Shown piece by piece: positions 48,020 to 59,217 of a stretch of DNA of 64,000 bases (positions are counted from its first letter, which is position 1; each line of letters opens with the position of its first letter). The notes beneath the pieces are model-generated. The model was not told the DNA's origin. It did no database searches and saw nothing but the letters and a program-made list of their open reading frames with translations. The translations under genes and the position numbers were made by a program. The stretch comes from Adineta vaga (Eukaryota; Animalia; Rotifera): positions 15,128,001-15,192,000 of the forward strand of contig CP075492.1 in assembly GCA_021613535.1 (NCBI GenBank), written 5' to 3'.

Positions 48020-49890
48020 ATGAAGTAAAGTACGTGATGAAAAACTGCTTTCCGTTTAATTTTATCGATTTGAATTTCGTATAGAAGTCGAATCACTTGC
48101 ATCGAAGATCTATCCAATGAGCTTCTGTACGAAATTTTCGACTATTTATATGGGTGGTGCATTTACAAAGCATTTTACAAACTCAATTATCATTTTCAAC
48201 ATCTTATTTTGCATTCATCCTATCCGCTCAAGATTGATTTTCCTTTATCGCCACAATCAGAACTTGAACACTATTCTAATCATTTCGTTATTCCAAACAG
48301 AAGTCATGTTCTCTTGATTTGCTTTGAAAAACAATCGCCTATTCATGGTTTATTCAGACATTGTATGATCAATGCATCATTTGATCGTCTTGAATCATTT
48401 ATTACTAGCGGCATCACATTCGATCAATTTGAGTTGTTACTCGTTTACTTAAATTCTCTACCTCGCCTCTTCTCATTGGTCGTGCATGTTTATTATCACT
48501 GGCGTTGTGATCTTGGGAGACTCTATCAACTGATTCTCTTATTACCTGTATTGAAATACAACAAATTAACATGCGATATCGATACCTTTAATAAAAGTAT
48601 GAATATTTCTGTGCCTTTTCCTACAAATGAGCAATTCAGTACTATTGAACATCTCGATATTGAACATAGCTGTACCACAGAACAATTATTCACCATTCTT
48701 CATCATACACCTCAACTTCGTCATTTAAGTTTTGGAAACGGATGCTTAATGGGATCAAACATGAGCAAGACAACTAATAATTCAGTAGAGCTATCTCGTC
48801 TCACTCATCTTCATATTTCTGATTGTCGATTGACTTCTGATCAATTCGAATTTCGAAAAATTTATCAGGAACATATGTTCTCAATTGCAAGTATTACATG
48901 TGCAACAATATACATTCGCAGAATATCTTGATGCTGATCGATGGGAACGATTGATCACCAACCAGATTTCGCATTTACGTAAATTTGACTATGTGTGTCG
49001 TAAATGCTATTTTGATGAATTTATGGAAGCTAATCCGTTTTTGAAAATCAATCAGTTTATTTCACCGTTTTGGACTGAACGACAATGGTTCTTTGAAATT
49101 ATAGTTGATGATGACGATATGACCATTTCAATTCATTCACATAAGTACATTGATAAATATGTTCTCTCACACATAGTTTCTTTATTTTTCGTTTAGAAAG
49201 AGATGGTTTAATAAATATGAATACGAACAAGGAAACACCGGTACATGCTTAAATCAATCGATGGAATGTTCTATCATATCTAAACAGGAAAATATCTATA
49301 AGTCTTCGACTAAGTTGGATAGAACTATTCAATCCAATTTAAATTTGATTCTTTCTCAAGTCGATCAAATTTTTATTGAGGAGTTTAACGCTGTTTGTGA
49401 TGCTATACATTTTACTCATTTGAATATCGAATGTGATGAGATTTCTAATGAAATATTACTTAATATTGTACAATTGTTACCTAATCTTGAATCTCTGAAA
49501 GTATCATCAAAACGAATCAATGAAATAGATCGGTCGTTTACTATTGTCAAAAGTATGTATTTTCTCACATCAACCAATAATAAGATTACAAAAGTCTACC
49601 TTGCAAAAACAATTTATCTAACTCAAGTCAATTTTCTTCTCAATCTTTGCTTGTCTATGCAACATTTCCAAGTTGATGTTCCTGAAGATATGAATCTAGA
49701 CAGGCTTGTACAATTTATTCTTTTCAAAGTGACTACCATCATTGCCAAATTGCGATCTTTATGTTTGTGTATTCCAAAAGCCGGTGAACACACTATTTGT
49801 CAAATACGAAATCGAATCGAATCGAAAAATTTACTATCTAACTGCAGAATTATGCGTAGTGGTGAAAATATTCTGGTAACATGGATATGA
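48020..49890 (+). pseudogene. F-box/LRR-like gene frameshifted by a 7-bp tandem duplication
   Basis: Micro-exon ATGAA 48020-48024, intron to 48084, F-box IEDLSNELLYEIFDYL, ttcgaa-tttcgaa duplication at ~48845-48857, intron ~49145-49196, last exon to 49890. Confidence 0.78.
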
Positions 49891-50010
49891 TGTTCATAAA
49901 GGTGGAAGTTTAGTTGAAGGGAAGCTTTTAAATTTTCAATAAATTAAATTTTATTTTGTTTCTAAATCAATCTAACGTTTTATTTCTACAAACAAAAATC
50001 TAATATAAAA

Positions 50011-51752
50011 TCATTTCCATTGAATATAGATTTGATTCATCATACGTTTCATCGAAAAATCCAAAAGTAAATTTTCATTTTTAATCATTGTTTCTAATTT
50101 CTTCATCATCTTATCATCTACTATCGGTACACAAAAACATAATGATTTAAGTGTTTGAATTTCTCGTCGTCGAACTTCGGTGAAAAATGATCGTACAAAT
50201 AATTCAATATTCATTTTCTTTAAAAAATTTATACGAAGTTTTTGAATACGTGGACAAAGTGAAATAATAAAATAAATTTCTTCAAATCGATCTATTCTTT
50301 CCAAACAAAGTTTTGTCACTTTATTTTGACTTATTAAATAATAACTTCCAAATAATTCTTCTTCCGTTACAGATCTTGGATATGAAATCGATATTGTACC
50401 AAGTTTTAATGAATCCAAATCAGGTAATAAATTCAAAATTTCACCTAATTTAACGATAAAAATTTGTTGTTGAATATCAAGATGATCGATTTGCATTACA
50501 GGTAAAATATGTTCAAGATAATCAAGTATGGTTAATGTTTGATGAAATGCTTCTTGATATATATTCGATAAAATAAGTTGTTTAGATTTCGCTAATTATT
50601 CAACGGTATAAACATTCTTCTCTTGTGTACTGAATTCATACCATCGTTTTCTAAACGAAATCAACAAAGTATAATAGAGAAGAAAGCGTTTTATTTTTGT
50701 TATATACTTATATGGATGAATGTAGTACGTTATTTCTTCACTATCAATCTCGATTTCTAATAACCATTGTCGTTGACACCAAAATGAAGAAAAAAATTCA
50801 TTTTTTTTACCTTGATACATTAAAGGTTGATAACCATCTCCAAAACTTGTAATATATTTCAAATAAAATTCTTCTAAATCTGACAGATGTTTGGAAATAT
50901 CATTTTCCCATCGAGCAGCATTGAGATAATTCATATCGTCGGCATAAATTTTTAATGAAAACGTTTTTAATTTGATATTTAAATTCTTGATCAACATTTC
51001 AAACGTATTAAATTCCATATGATATAAGCTTCGATGGAAAGATGTATTAAATTTGGTAACCTGATTGATGAAATATTGTTGACATTGATTCGAATATCAT
51101 TTGCACTAAAAATTTTCAAATGAGAAATTTGTGATGTATATGATAAGATATTATGCAGTTGATTGAAACGACAAGGATGATCGAGAGTAAGACGTTGAAT
51201 CGAAGTTAATTGTTGATTTGTAGCTATTGGTAATGAAATATCGATATCATGTTCAATACCATCCATAGCTTTTAATTTGAAATATTTTAATTTTGATAGA
51301 TTGAAAATCGATCGATAAATTTGACCAAAATCTTTTAAATCAGATTCCGTTTCGATTGTTAACGAATATAAACAAGGTAAAGACATTAATCTTGGAAGAA
51401 CTACATTAATTGTATCTAGTTCCATGTAACTTAAAACAAGACATTGAAGATGTTGATAGAATGAATCGAAATTCAATGATAAGATGATTTCCGTATTACA
51501 TATTCATATCCTGATGTAAATTGAATAGATCTGATTTTTATTAAAAAGACAAAGTTGTTTGAAATCATTGGTTGCTTCTTTTTCCGATGAATACTGAATT
51601 TGAATTTTGAATAAAGTAGGCGAAGAAGTAAGTAATTGTTGAAAACGATAGTTGAGATTTGAAAATGCTTAATAGATATCCCAACAATTAAGATAATCAG
51701 AGATTTCATAGAAGAATTCATTGGATAAATTTTCGAAGGAATTTATCGACAT
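50011..51752 (-). pseudogene. F-box/LRR-like gene with nonsense codons and a frameshift, convergent with the previous one
   Basis: F-box FENLSNEFFYEISDYL, in-frame TAA (~51670) and TGA (~51505), frameshift at ~51018, intron ~50709-50651, YLNAARWE and FSSFWCQRQW motifs. Confidence 0.78.
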
Positions 51753-52121
51753 GTTTCGTTGTTAACGACGGATTATATTTTATCTGACTGATGACCATGT
51801 TTTCTCTCCTCTTCTTTATATGTATGACGCGTGCTCGATACATGATGGACTGGATCTATTCGTCAGTATTTTCTCTCGTCATTATTTTCATATGACATAA
51901 AATTTCAATTTTCACAAATCGTGTGTTTGTTTCACTCTTTTACCTTTGCTTCTATTTTCAAATCAACAATCATCATGAATAATATCGATGCACACGCGTT
52001 TCAGTTCTCATTCACTGACGTAAATAGATATCTGACGATATTTCTTGATTGCTGTTATCGTCATAAATAAATATCTGAAGTAAGAAAAGTTATTTTCATA
52101 GTAAACGTTTATTGTCAAAAG

Positions 52122-53438
52122 ATGATATTTAAAATTTTGATAATTTCGATATGTGTGGTTATAACAATTCAAAGCACGACAAGACAGCAGCAGCTGTATG
52201 ATCGACGATCATCTTATTCGGATGGTATAGCACTTCCTCCAAAGAGTGGTTATCGAATAAATTCTAATCTGGTTTATTTTGATGGACAAGTTGTTAGCGG
52301 TCTTTCTGCATTATCCTTCGAAGATTTAGGTTATGGTTATGCCAAAGATTCTTGGGATGTTTTTTACATTGGGACAAAAATACAAGGAGCATCGGCCTCA
52401 TCATTTAGACTCTTAGATGATCAATATGCTAAAGATTCTGTAGATATATTCTATGGTGAAAAGAAAGTACAAGGTGCATCAGTATCATCATTTCAAGTAT
52501 TAGGCAATGGTTATGCCAAAGATTTTTTGGATGTTTATTTCCTAGGAATAAAAATACCATATGCATCAGCCTCTTCATTCAGAGTATTAAGTGACCAATA
52601 TGCAAAAGATAATGTGAATGTTTACTATGTTGGAATAGAAGTAAAGGGTGCGGCACCATCATCATTTCAAGTATTAGGCGATGGCTATGGCAAAGATTAT
52701 AGTGATGTTTATCTCACAGGAATAGAAATACATGGTGCATCAGCATCATCATTTACAGTCTTAGGTGATCAATACAGTAAAGATTTTCTGAATGTGTTTT
52801 ATGCTGAGAAGAAAGTACAAGGTGCATCTTCCTCAACATTCCAGGTATTGGATAATGGTTATGCCAAGGATAGTCTAGATGTTTTCTATGCTGGAGAAAA
52901 AGTAGTATATGCATCAGCCTCATCATTTAGAGTCTTAGGTGATCAATATGCCAGAGATTCTCTATATATTTACTATGCTGGAACAAAAGTGATGGACACA
53001 TTCGCCTCATCATTTCAAGTATTAAGCAAAGGTTATGCCAAAGATTCTTGGAATATCTTTTTCCTAGGGAGAAAAATACCAAATGCATCAACCTCAGAAT
53101 TTACAATTTTAGATGATCAATATTCCAGAGATCTTTTGAATGTTTTCTATAATGGAGAAAAAGTAGCATATGCATTAGCCCCATCATTTCAAGTCTTAGG
53201 TGATCAATATGGCAAAGATTCTTGGGATATTTTTTATGCGGGGAAAATCATTCAAGGTGCATCAGCTTCATCGTTTGAAGTCTTAGATGATCAATATGCC
53301 AAAGATTCTGTCCGTGTTTTCTATGCTGGAATAGAAGTACAAGGTGCAGAACTATCAACATTTCAAGTATTAGACAGTGGTTATGCTAAAGATTCATGGG
53401 ATACTTATTATATGGGAGTAAAAGTACGCACCATTTAA
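52122..53438 (+). CDS. Secreted DKNYY-family repeat protein (13 x 29-aa repeats), intronless
   Basis: Signal peptide, then an 87-bp repeat encoding YAKDxxxVFYxGxKIxGAxxSSFxVLxxx. Confidence 0.88.
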   Translation: MIFKILIISICVVITIQSTTRQQQLYDRRSSYSDGIALPPKSGYRINSNLVYFDGQVVSGLSALSFEDLGYGYAKDSWDVFYIGTKIQGASASSFRLLDDQYAKDSVDIFYGEKKVQGASVSSFQVLGNGYAKDFLDVYFLGIKIPYASASSFRVLSDQYAKDNVNVYYVGIEVKGAAPSSFQVLGDGYGKDYSDVYLTGIEIHGASASSFTVLGDQYSKDFLNVFYAEKKVQGASSSTFQVLDNGYAKDSLDVFYAGEKVVYASASSFRVLGDQYARDSLYIYYAGTKVMDTFASSFQVLSKGYAKDSWNIFFLGRKIPNASTSEFTILDDQYSRDLLNVFYNGEKVAYALAPSFQVLGDQYGKDSWDIFYAGKIIQGASASSFEVLDDQYAKDSVRVFYAGIEVQGAELSTFQVLDSGYAKDSWDTYYMGVKVRTI

Positions 53439-53643
53439 TTGGAAAATAATATATTTTAGTTAGATTTCAATAAATAAACATATAAAACGATTTTAAGAAC
53501 TTTGAGGATGCGAGTAACGACTTCTTATAAAAAAAAGAGTATAGGATCGAAAAAAGAACAAATGAATACATCATATCATATATAGACAATTCTTGAAAAT
53601 TTATTCGTCCGAAGAAAAACAACAACATAGTTAAAGCATTGGG

Positions 53644-53900
53644 TTAGTTTTTTGTCGATTGTGAAGAACGTTGCAATGAACCACGATGTATGATGTTGAT
53701 CGTACTTCCTTCTTGAATATTATAGTCACTCACTTTCTTTTGACCCTCAAGCTGATTATACCCATGTGGATTAATCTTTGGCAATACTGATCTATTCCTG
53801 TCTTTTCTTCAATCTTTATTTTATCAGTTTCAAAACTTTCCGATTGCTCGATCTCAATAATGCAGACTTTGCCATCAAGATTCTTCAGAAAAACACGCAT
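53644..53900 (-). pseudogene. Small ubiquitin-like protein with a 1-nt frameshift (not in the ORF track)
   Basis: MRVFLKNLDGKVCIIEIEQSESFETDKIKIEEKTGIDQYCQRLIHMG / frameshift at ~53760 / NQLEGQKKVSDYNIQEGSTINIIHRGSLQRSSQSTKN*. Confidence 0.72.
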
Positions 53901-54661
53901 TTCATCAAAAACTAAAACTGAAAATCAAGTTTGTTGTTCTTTTATATAGACTTGTGTTGACTAATGATTCACTCAAGCCATTTTATACCAACAATTATCG
54001 AATCTTACTGGGCGAGAAGAACAAAAAGAGAAAATTTCAACATAAAATGAAGGAGTATACTTGTCCTGGAATTTCCCAACTTTTGTGTTTGTCGAAGGCG
54101 AGGCAATAGAAAAGAGGTTATGAGACCGTGGATGTGAGATGATTTATGACAGAACGACATTTTATTTTATTTCATCATATCGAATCGTTTCTATAAAAAA
54201 TAGTCGATTAAATACTTCTCTAAAAAAGAAAGAAAGGAAGAATAGAAGGATAATAAACACAGATAGTGACACCGTACACTCAACTGACGTCAGTACGCTT
54301 TAGCGCATTCATCGTCATCACCAACAAACACGTCTGTTACAGCATACAAAGAATGAAAATGCTTTTTAATGCGTCTTCAAGATACTGTCATTTTCATATT
54401 CAATTCAAATCTATGCACAAGATAATAACCTATTCATCAACTCAAAAAACTGTTTTACCTTATTTTCAATCTTAAAACCAACAATCATGAATAATAGTAT
54501 CGCTCTATCCACTAAATCCCATTGATTCATGTAAATCAATATTTGATCATATTTTCTTGATTACTATTATCGTTACATATAAATATCTGAAGTAAAAACC
54601 TTATTTTCATCATAATCTTTAACTATAACCTTGAAGAAAGACGAGTGCTTCTTTACAAGCA

Positions 54662-55084
54662 ATGATGTTTAAATTTTTTGTGCTTTCAATATATGTTGTT
54701 ATTATGGTTCAAGGAACAATTCAACATCAAGATCATGACCAACGAGCATCGTTTGCGAACAGTGGTTATCGAGTAGATGGTACAAAAGTTTATTTCAATG
54801 GACAAGTAGTTACCGGTCTTTCTGCATTATCATTCAAAGACTTGGGTTTTGGTTATGCAAAAGATAGCATTCATATTTTTTTCATGGGGAAAAAAATGAC
54901 AGGAACATTTAGCACATCATTTCAAGTCTTAGGTGATCTCTATGCCAAAGATTCTATCGATGTTTTCTATGCTGGAAAGAAAATACAAGGTGCCTTAAAT
55001 TCATCATTTCAAGTATTAGGCAATGGTTATGCTAAAGATTCATTGAATACCTATTATATGGGAGAAAAAGTACGCAACGGTTGA
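54662..55084 (+). CDS. Short secreted DKNYY-family protein (3 repeats), paralog of 52122-53438
   Basis: Same N-terminal SGYR...VYFxGQVVxGLSALSF, same last repeat, and homologous upstream region. Confidence 0.85.
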   Translation: MMFKFFVLSIYVVIMVQGTIQHQDHDQRASFANSGYRVDGTKVYFNGQVVTGLSALSFKDLGFGYAKDSIHIFFMGKKMTGTFSTSFQVLGDLYAKDSIDVFYAGKKIQGALNSSFQVLGNGYAKDSLNTYYMGEKVRNG

Positions 55085-55401
55085 ATTGATAATTATTTAT
55101 TTCAATTAGTTTTGAGCAAATAAAAATATAAAATATTCACATGAATTATTTATTTGAGGGTACGTGTCTGAGGGGATTAAGTATCAATGTACATGCACAA
55201 TACTAATTTGCTGTTGAAACTTCATACATCAATTTATTATTTCAATGCATATTTGAAGTCAATTTTTCCTCTTATCTTCTCAATCTATAAGGCCAGAATA
55301 TGAAAGATGCCATGTTTGCGAAATATTTGCTTTTTTTTAATTATATTTTGTAAAACTGATTATAGAGGAAAAAAATCGGTCGGACGAATTGTTATCATTG
55401 A

Positions 55402-56584
55402 TCAGATATTTTGTTTTCCTATAATTTGAAACATGCGTACACCTGCTATATTTGAGTCATCATCGTCATGATAGGAAATCTTGAAAGGTAATTGTTTTAA
55501 TTGTGTATATTGATCTGCATTATTATTCATTTGATTGATTATTTTCGATAATGCAGCTTCAATAATAGATGCTGATATTGAACTTGTCTTCATTTGTATA
55601 CTTTTGAAACAAGCCGCGATAAAACAAATACCACCACCTCGTATTTGTAATTTATTCAATGCGATATTCTCTCTTAGAAAAGTCTCCAAGTTATTCAGAA
55701 CATCATTTAGAATATCAGCAGTAACTAATGATTCAGTTTCTTGATCAGGTAAACGTTTTAATTCAGTGTCTTCAATGTTAAATGTTCCAAGATCGTTAGA
55801 GATGTTATCCAAATCCGTTAATGCTCGACGTAAAAGATCTTCGCGACTTTCGCCAGGAACTGATTGATACTCAGTCGGAATTATTCTAAATGGTGAACCA
55901 GGAATGTTTTGTCTAAAAAATAAAGAAATAATAACGTCTATTGAGCTATTATTGAGAAGTAGTTCTTAGTATTCTCCAAATTCTATTCAAGTAGTTTCTA
56001 ACAAAAGAAAAATCTAATTGTCGCTTTATACATCAATCTTCTCACCTTGTCATTTGCAGAAATTCTTCCATATTTTGAATAAAATCTCCTTGCAATCCAT
56101 CACTCAACCGAGCTGTTATAATCGCTTTCATAAAACATCGCTCGGCTGTTTTCCATTGGTGTCCAACTAAATTAAAGAAACCTACTCGAAGATATTGCAA
56201 ACCTATTTCTATATAGTCTGTTGGAGTTCGTTTCAACAAGATATTCAAGGCTATTTGTCCTTCTTTGATAGCTAGATCCATTTTCTTCAACTGCCAGAAA
56301 CCTACTGACAATACTCTATGCATAGGTACAAAAATCACATGATCTTTATGAATAGGTAACAAGAGTTCGACTTGTTGAATTGCTATACATTCGCTTAAAA
56401 GTGCCATCTGATATTCTTTTCGCTGATGATGACACAGAGCCGTTAAATGATATTCATAAGCATCAAAAAATTTCTTCGGTGATAATCGAACAATTTCCTC
56501 TTGATAGTGAACAGGAATACTGGAAAGAATGCGTTCATATACAACACGTTGTGTAGAAGTTAATGATGATTGGCAACCACCCAT
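55402..56584 (-). CDS. Putative N-myristoylated TPR-like helical protein
   Basis: MGGCQSS start and TPR-like helices. Exon 56584-56046 spliced (GTGAGA...TTTAG) to exon 55912-55402 in phase. Confidence 0.65.
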
Positions 56585-57399
56585 ATTAAAATCAGTTTCA
56601 GTCTTTGAATTTTGTGATTGTTTAACTAAGAATACATCGTCTACGTATCATCAGACATTTTTGTTCATAAACTTTTGCTGTGCTTACCTGTGTTTTAGAC
56701 CGTTTGTCATGTTTTTAATTTAATAATGAATGTATGCTAGTAACTGAGAGTCTCTCTACTAACATCAGACGAAAGGAAATTAAATATTATATTTTTCAAT
56801 AAAAACAAAGTCATGCCAGTCAAAAGTGGCACGTTCGTCAACAATTAAATAATCGAAGTTAATGTGCACGCTCGAGCCTGATACATGCCTATTTATAAGC
56901 TTTTGTTATTTTTCTAATTGCATACTGGTTGATTTAATTAATACATTTATTCGTAAAACCATATATATCATTAATCCACAAGATGTTTCTATTATGTTTG
57001 TTTAACTTTATTGTTATTATTATCATCGTCGTCTATTGATCGAGAAGATAAATCATTTCTCAGAAAAGAAATAATTCCTGTTGATAAACTGAGTTGATCA
57101 AACCATTTTCCTATGTCTTGTCGAGAATCTGATGGATTTTTATATATTATCCAGTTATTGAAGTGCGATTCAACAGAAGAATAATCGAACGAAGAAAATT
57201 ACTGTTTTCTTCCGAGTAATCCTCAAAGATAATATTTTAATACAATCTCAAATATATTTCAATCAAATGTATCAGCTTTCTGCTGATGAAAAATACTCGC
57301 GAGATTATTTAAGATTGATTTCGGTGAAACTGTTTCATTTATTTTGTTCGAACTTGTTAATTGATTGAATAATTGATGAATATCTTCAATCGGATTAGA

Positions 57400-57830
57400 T
57401 ATTCTAGTACTATTCTCAGCATCGAATATAAAACATTGTCAAATAATCTTTTAAAAGAAATCAATCGGGTACTCACCTTAAATTTCACATGATGACTTAA
57501 TGATTTGATTTGAATACATGAAACACCGATTATCATCAAATCGTTTAATTAGTATTAAAATAACTTCACGATTATTCAATTGATTAATTATTATCAATGA
57601 TCGCAATAAACGTGTCAATATATGAACACTATTACATGTTGGAAATATTCACTTGATTTTGAACCATCCAGGTCAACCGCAATAGTCAATATGTCATAGG
57701 AAGACGAGCTATGTATAACAATCATTGAGTTGGATCGGTACTGTATTAGCTGTGACGAGATAATTATACGCATTCGCAAGAGATAGACAATTAGAGCATT
57801 ATTATAGCACACGATGATCATCTAACACAT
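57400..57830 (-). pseudogene. Degraded tandem paralog of the adjacent Cys-rich secreted gene
   Basis: SSSYDILTIAVDLDGSKSSEYFQH vs SSSGDLLTVAVDLAGLGADQYLQH, and KSLSHHVKF vs ESLLRHVEF. Confidence 0.7.
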
Positions 57831-57993
57831 TTTTATCTCTCAATGTTTATTTTCTATGTGTACAAATTATCTAGAAAGCTTGTTAATATGAATAACAATC
57901 AGTTCCTATAACTCTCTTGTGAATATTGATTTTGTACGAGTCATAATTAATATATTCAACTTCATTATATAAGAATAAAAAAAAGGAATAGTA

Positions 57994-58800
57994 TTATTTT
58001 CGAGCTGCATCACGTGTAGTATTGTAAAATTGATCAAAATCAAAATGAATCACACTTTTCTGTTGAATTAATTTCATGGTTTCAACTCCATTACAATTTT
58101 GTGATCGACATTCAATCAATGAACTATCTGTCGATGTTTGATCGATCATATTAAATTCCACATGACGAAGTAATGATTCCATATGTGGACGATCTATAAA
58201 ACAACCAGCACATAGTCTATTTCCTTTTGAATCTTCAACAGATTGTGTTGAACATTGTTTACAAGTCTTTGGATCAACGGATACTTGTGCATCACAATGA
58301 TCGCTGATTGTTTGATTCGAAAACATTAAACACCACGAACCATCGAATGGTTCAACTGGTATTAAAAGATTTTTAAGATCATTGAATTGATCAGTGATAG
58401 TCATGGATTGTAATAAATGTTTGAAGGTACCGATATCATTGCAGTTATCAGTCAAACAAAAATAACTGAATGAATGTTGTAAATATTGATCTGCTCCTAA
58501 ACCAGCAAGATCAACAGCAACAGTCAATAGATCTCCAGAAGACGACGAGAAAGATTCTTTCATTCTTTCACCTGTTGATCCAATATCAATTCCAGTTTGA
58601 TTTGCATTTAAAAGCCATCGTACACTAATATAACACGTATCTTGTTTGGTTTTGATTGGACAATTATTGAATGCTTCTGGGATTGTATCCACTGTCACAA
58701 GATAATTGTACATATCGGGAATCGACGAACAATCGTAGCATGATATTTCACCCGATAATGAATGAAACAATGCAAATATGATGAGTAAACGAAAGAACAT
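57994..58800 (-). CDS. Secreted Cys-rich protein with two Ly6/uPAR-like (three-finger-like) modules
   Basis: Signal peptide MFFRLLIIFALFHSLSG, ISCYDC start, and CLTDNCN and CRSQNCN module ends. Confidence 0.72.
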   Translation of the reverse strand: MFFRLLIIFALFHSLSGEISCYDCSSIPDMYNYLVTVDTIPEAFNNCPIKTKQDTCYISVRWLLNANQTGIDIGSTGERMKESFSSSSGDLLTVAVDLAGLGADQYLQHSFSYFCLTDNCNDIGTFKHLLQSMTITDQFNDLKNLLIPVEPFDGSWCLMFSNQTISDHCDAQVSVDPKTCKQCSTQSVEDSKGNRLCAGCFIDRPHMESLLRHVEFNMIDQTSTDSSLIECRSQNCNGVETMKLIQQKSVIHFDFDQFYNTTRDAARK

Positions 58801-59217
58801 GTTTTGAAATAAAATTGTCTTCACCAACAACAACAGTGCAGTATATAAAGAAAATTCAAACTGTTATCTTGAAATTTTATCTGACCTATTTCTCACATAA
58901 ATAGAAAACAGATGAATCATAGATAAGTTTAACATAAGATGATTCACATCACATCACATGATTCACGGATTAATTAATTAGAAATATATACACTCATTTG
59001 AAAACAACGGACACCATTATATTTTTTTACTCAACTGTAATTTGAAACTCTATGTAACTTTGAGAAGTATTGCTCATAGAATATATAATTTACATCTTAT
59101 TTCTGGATGTTTCTTTATATAGTATCAATGTCAGAATCAATATGGAATAGTTAAGTATGATAATTTTTATAACAAGCATATTGAATTTTTCTTCGTTTTT
59201 CATAATTCTAATTTTCA

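Noticed and set aside
52300-53430. 87-bp periodic repeats as a CRISPR array or non-coding satellite
   Set aside because: In-frame protein repeats with synonymous-type variation.
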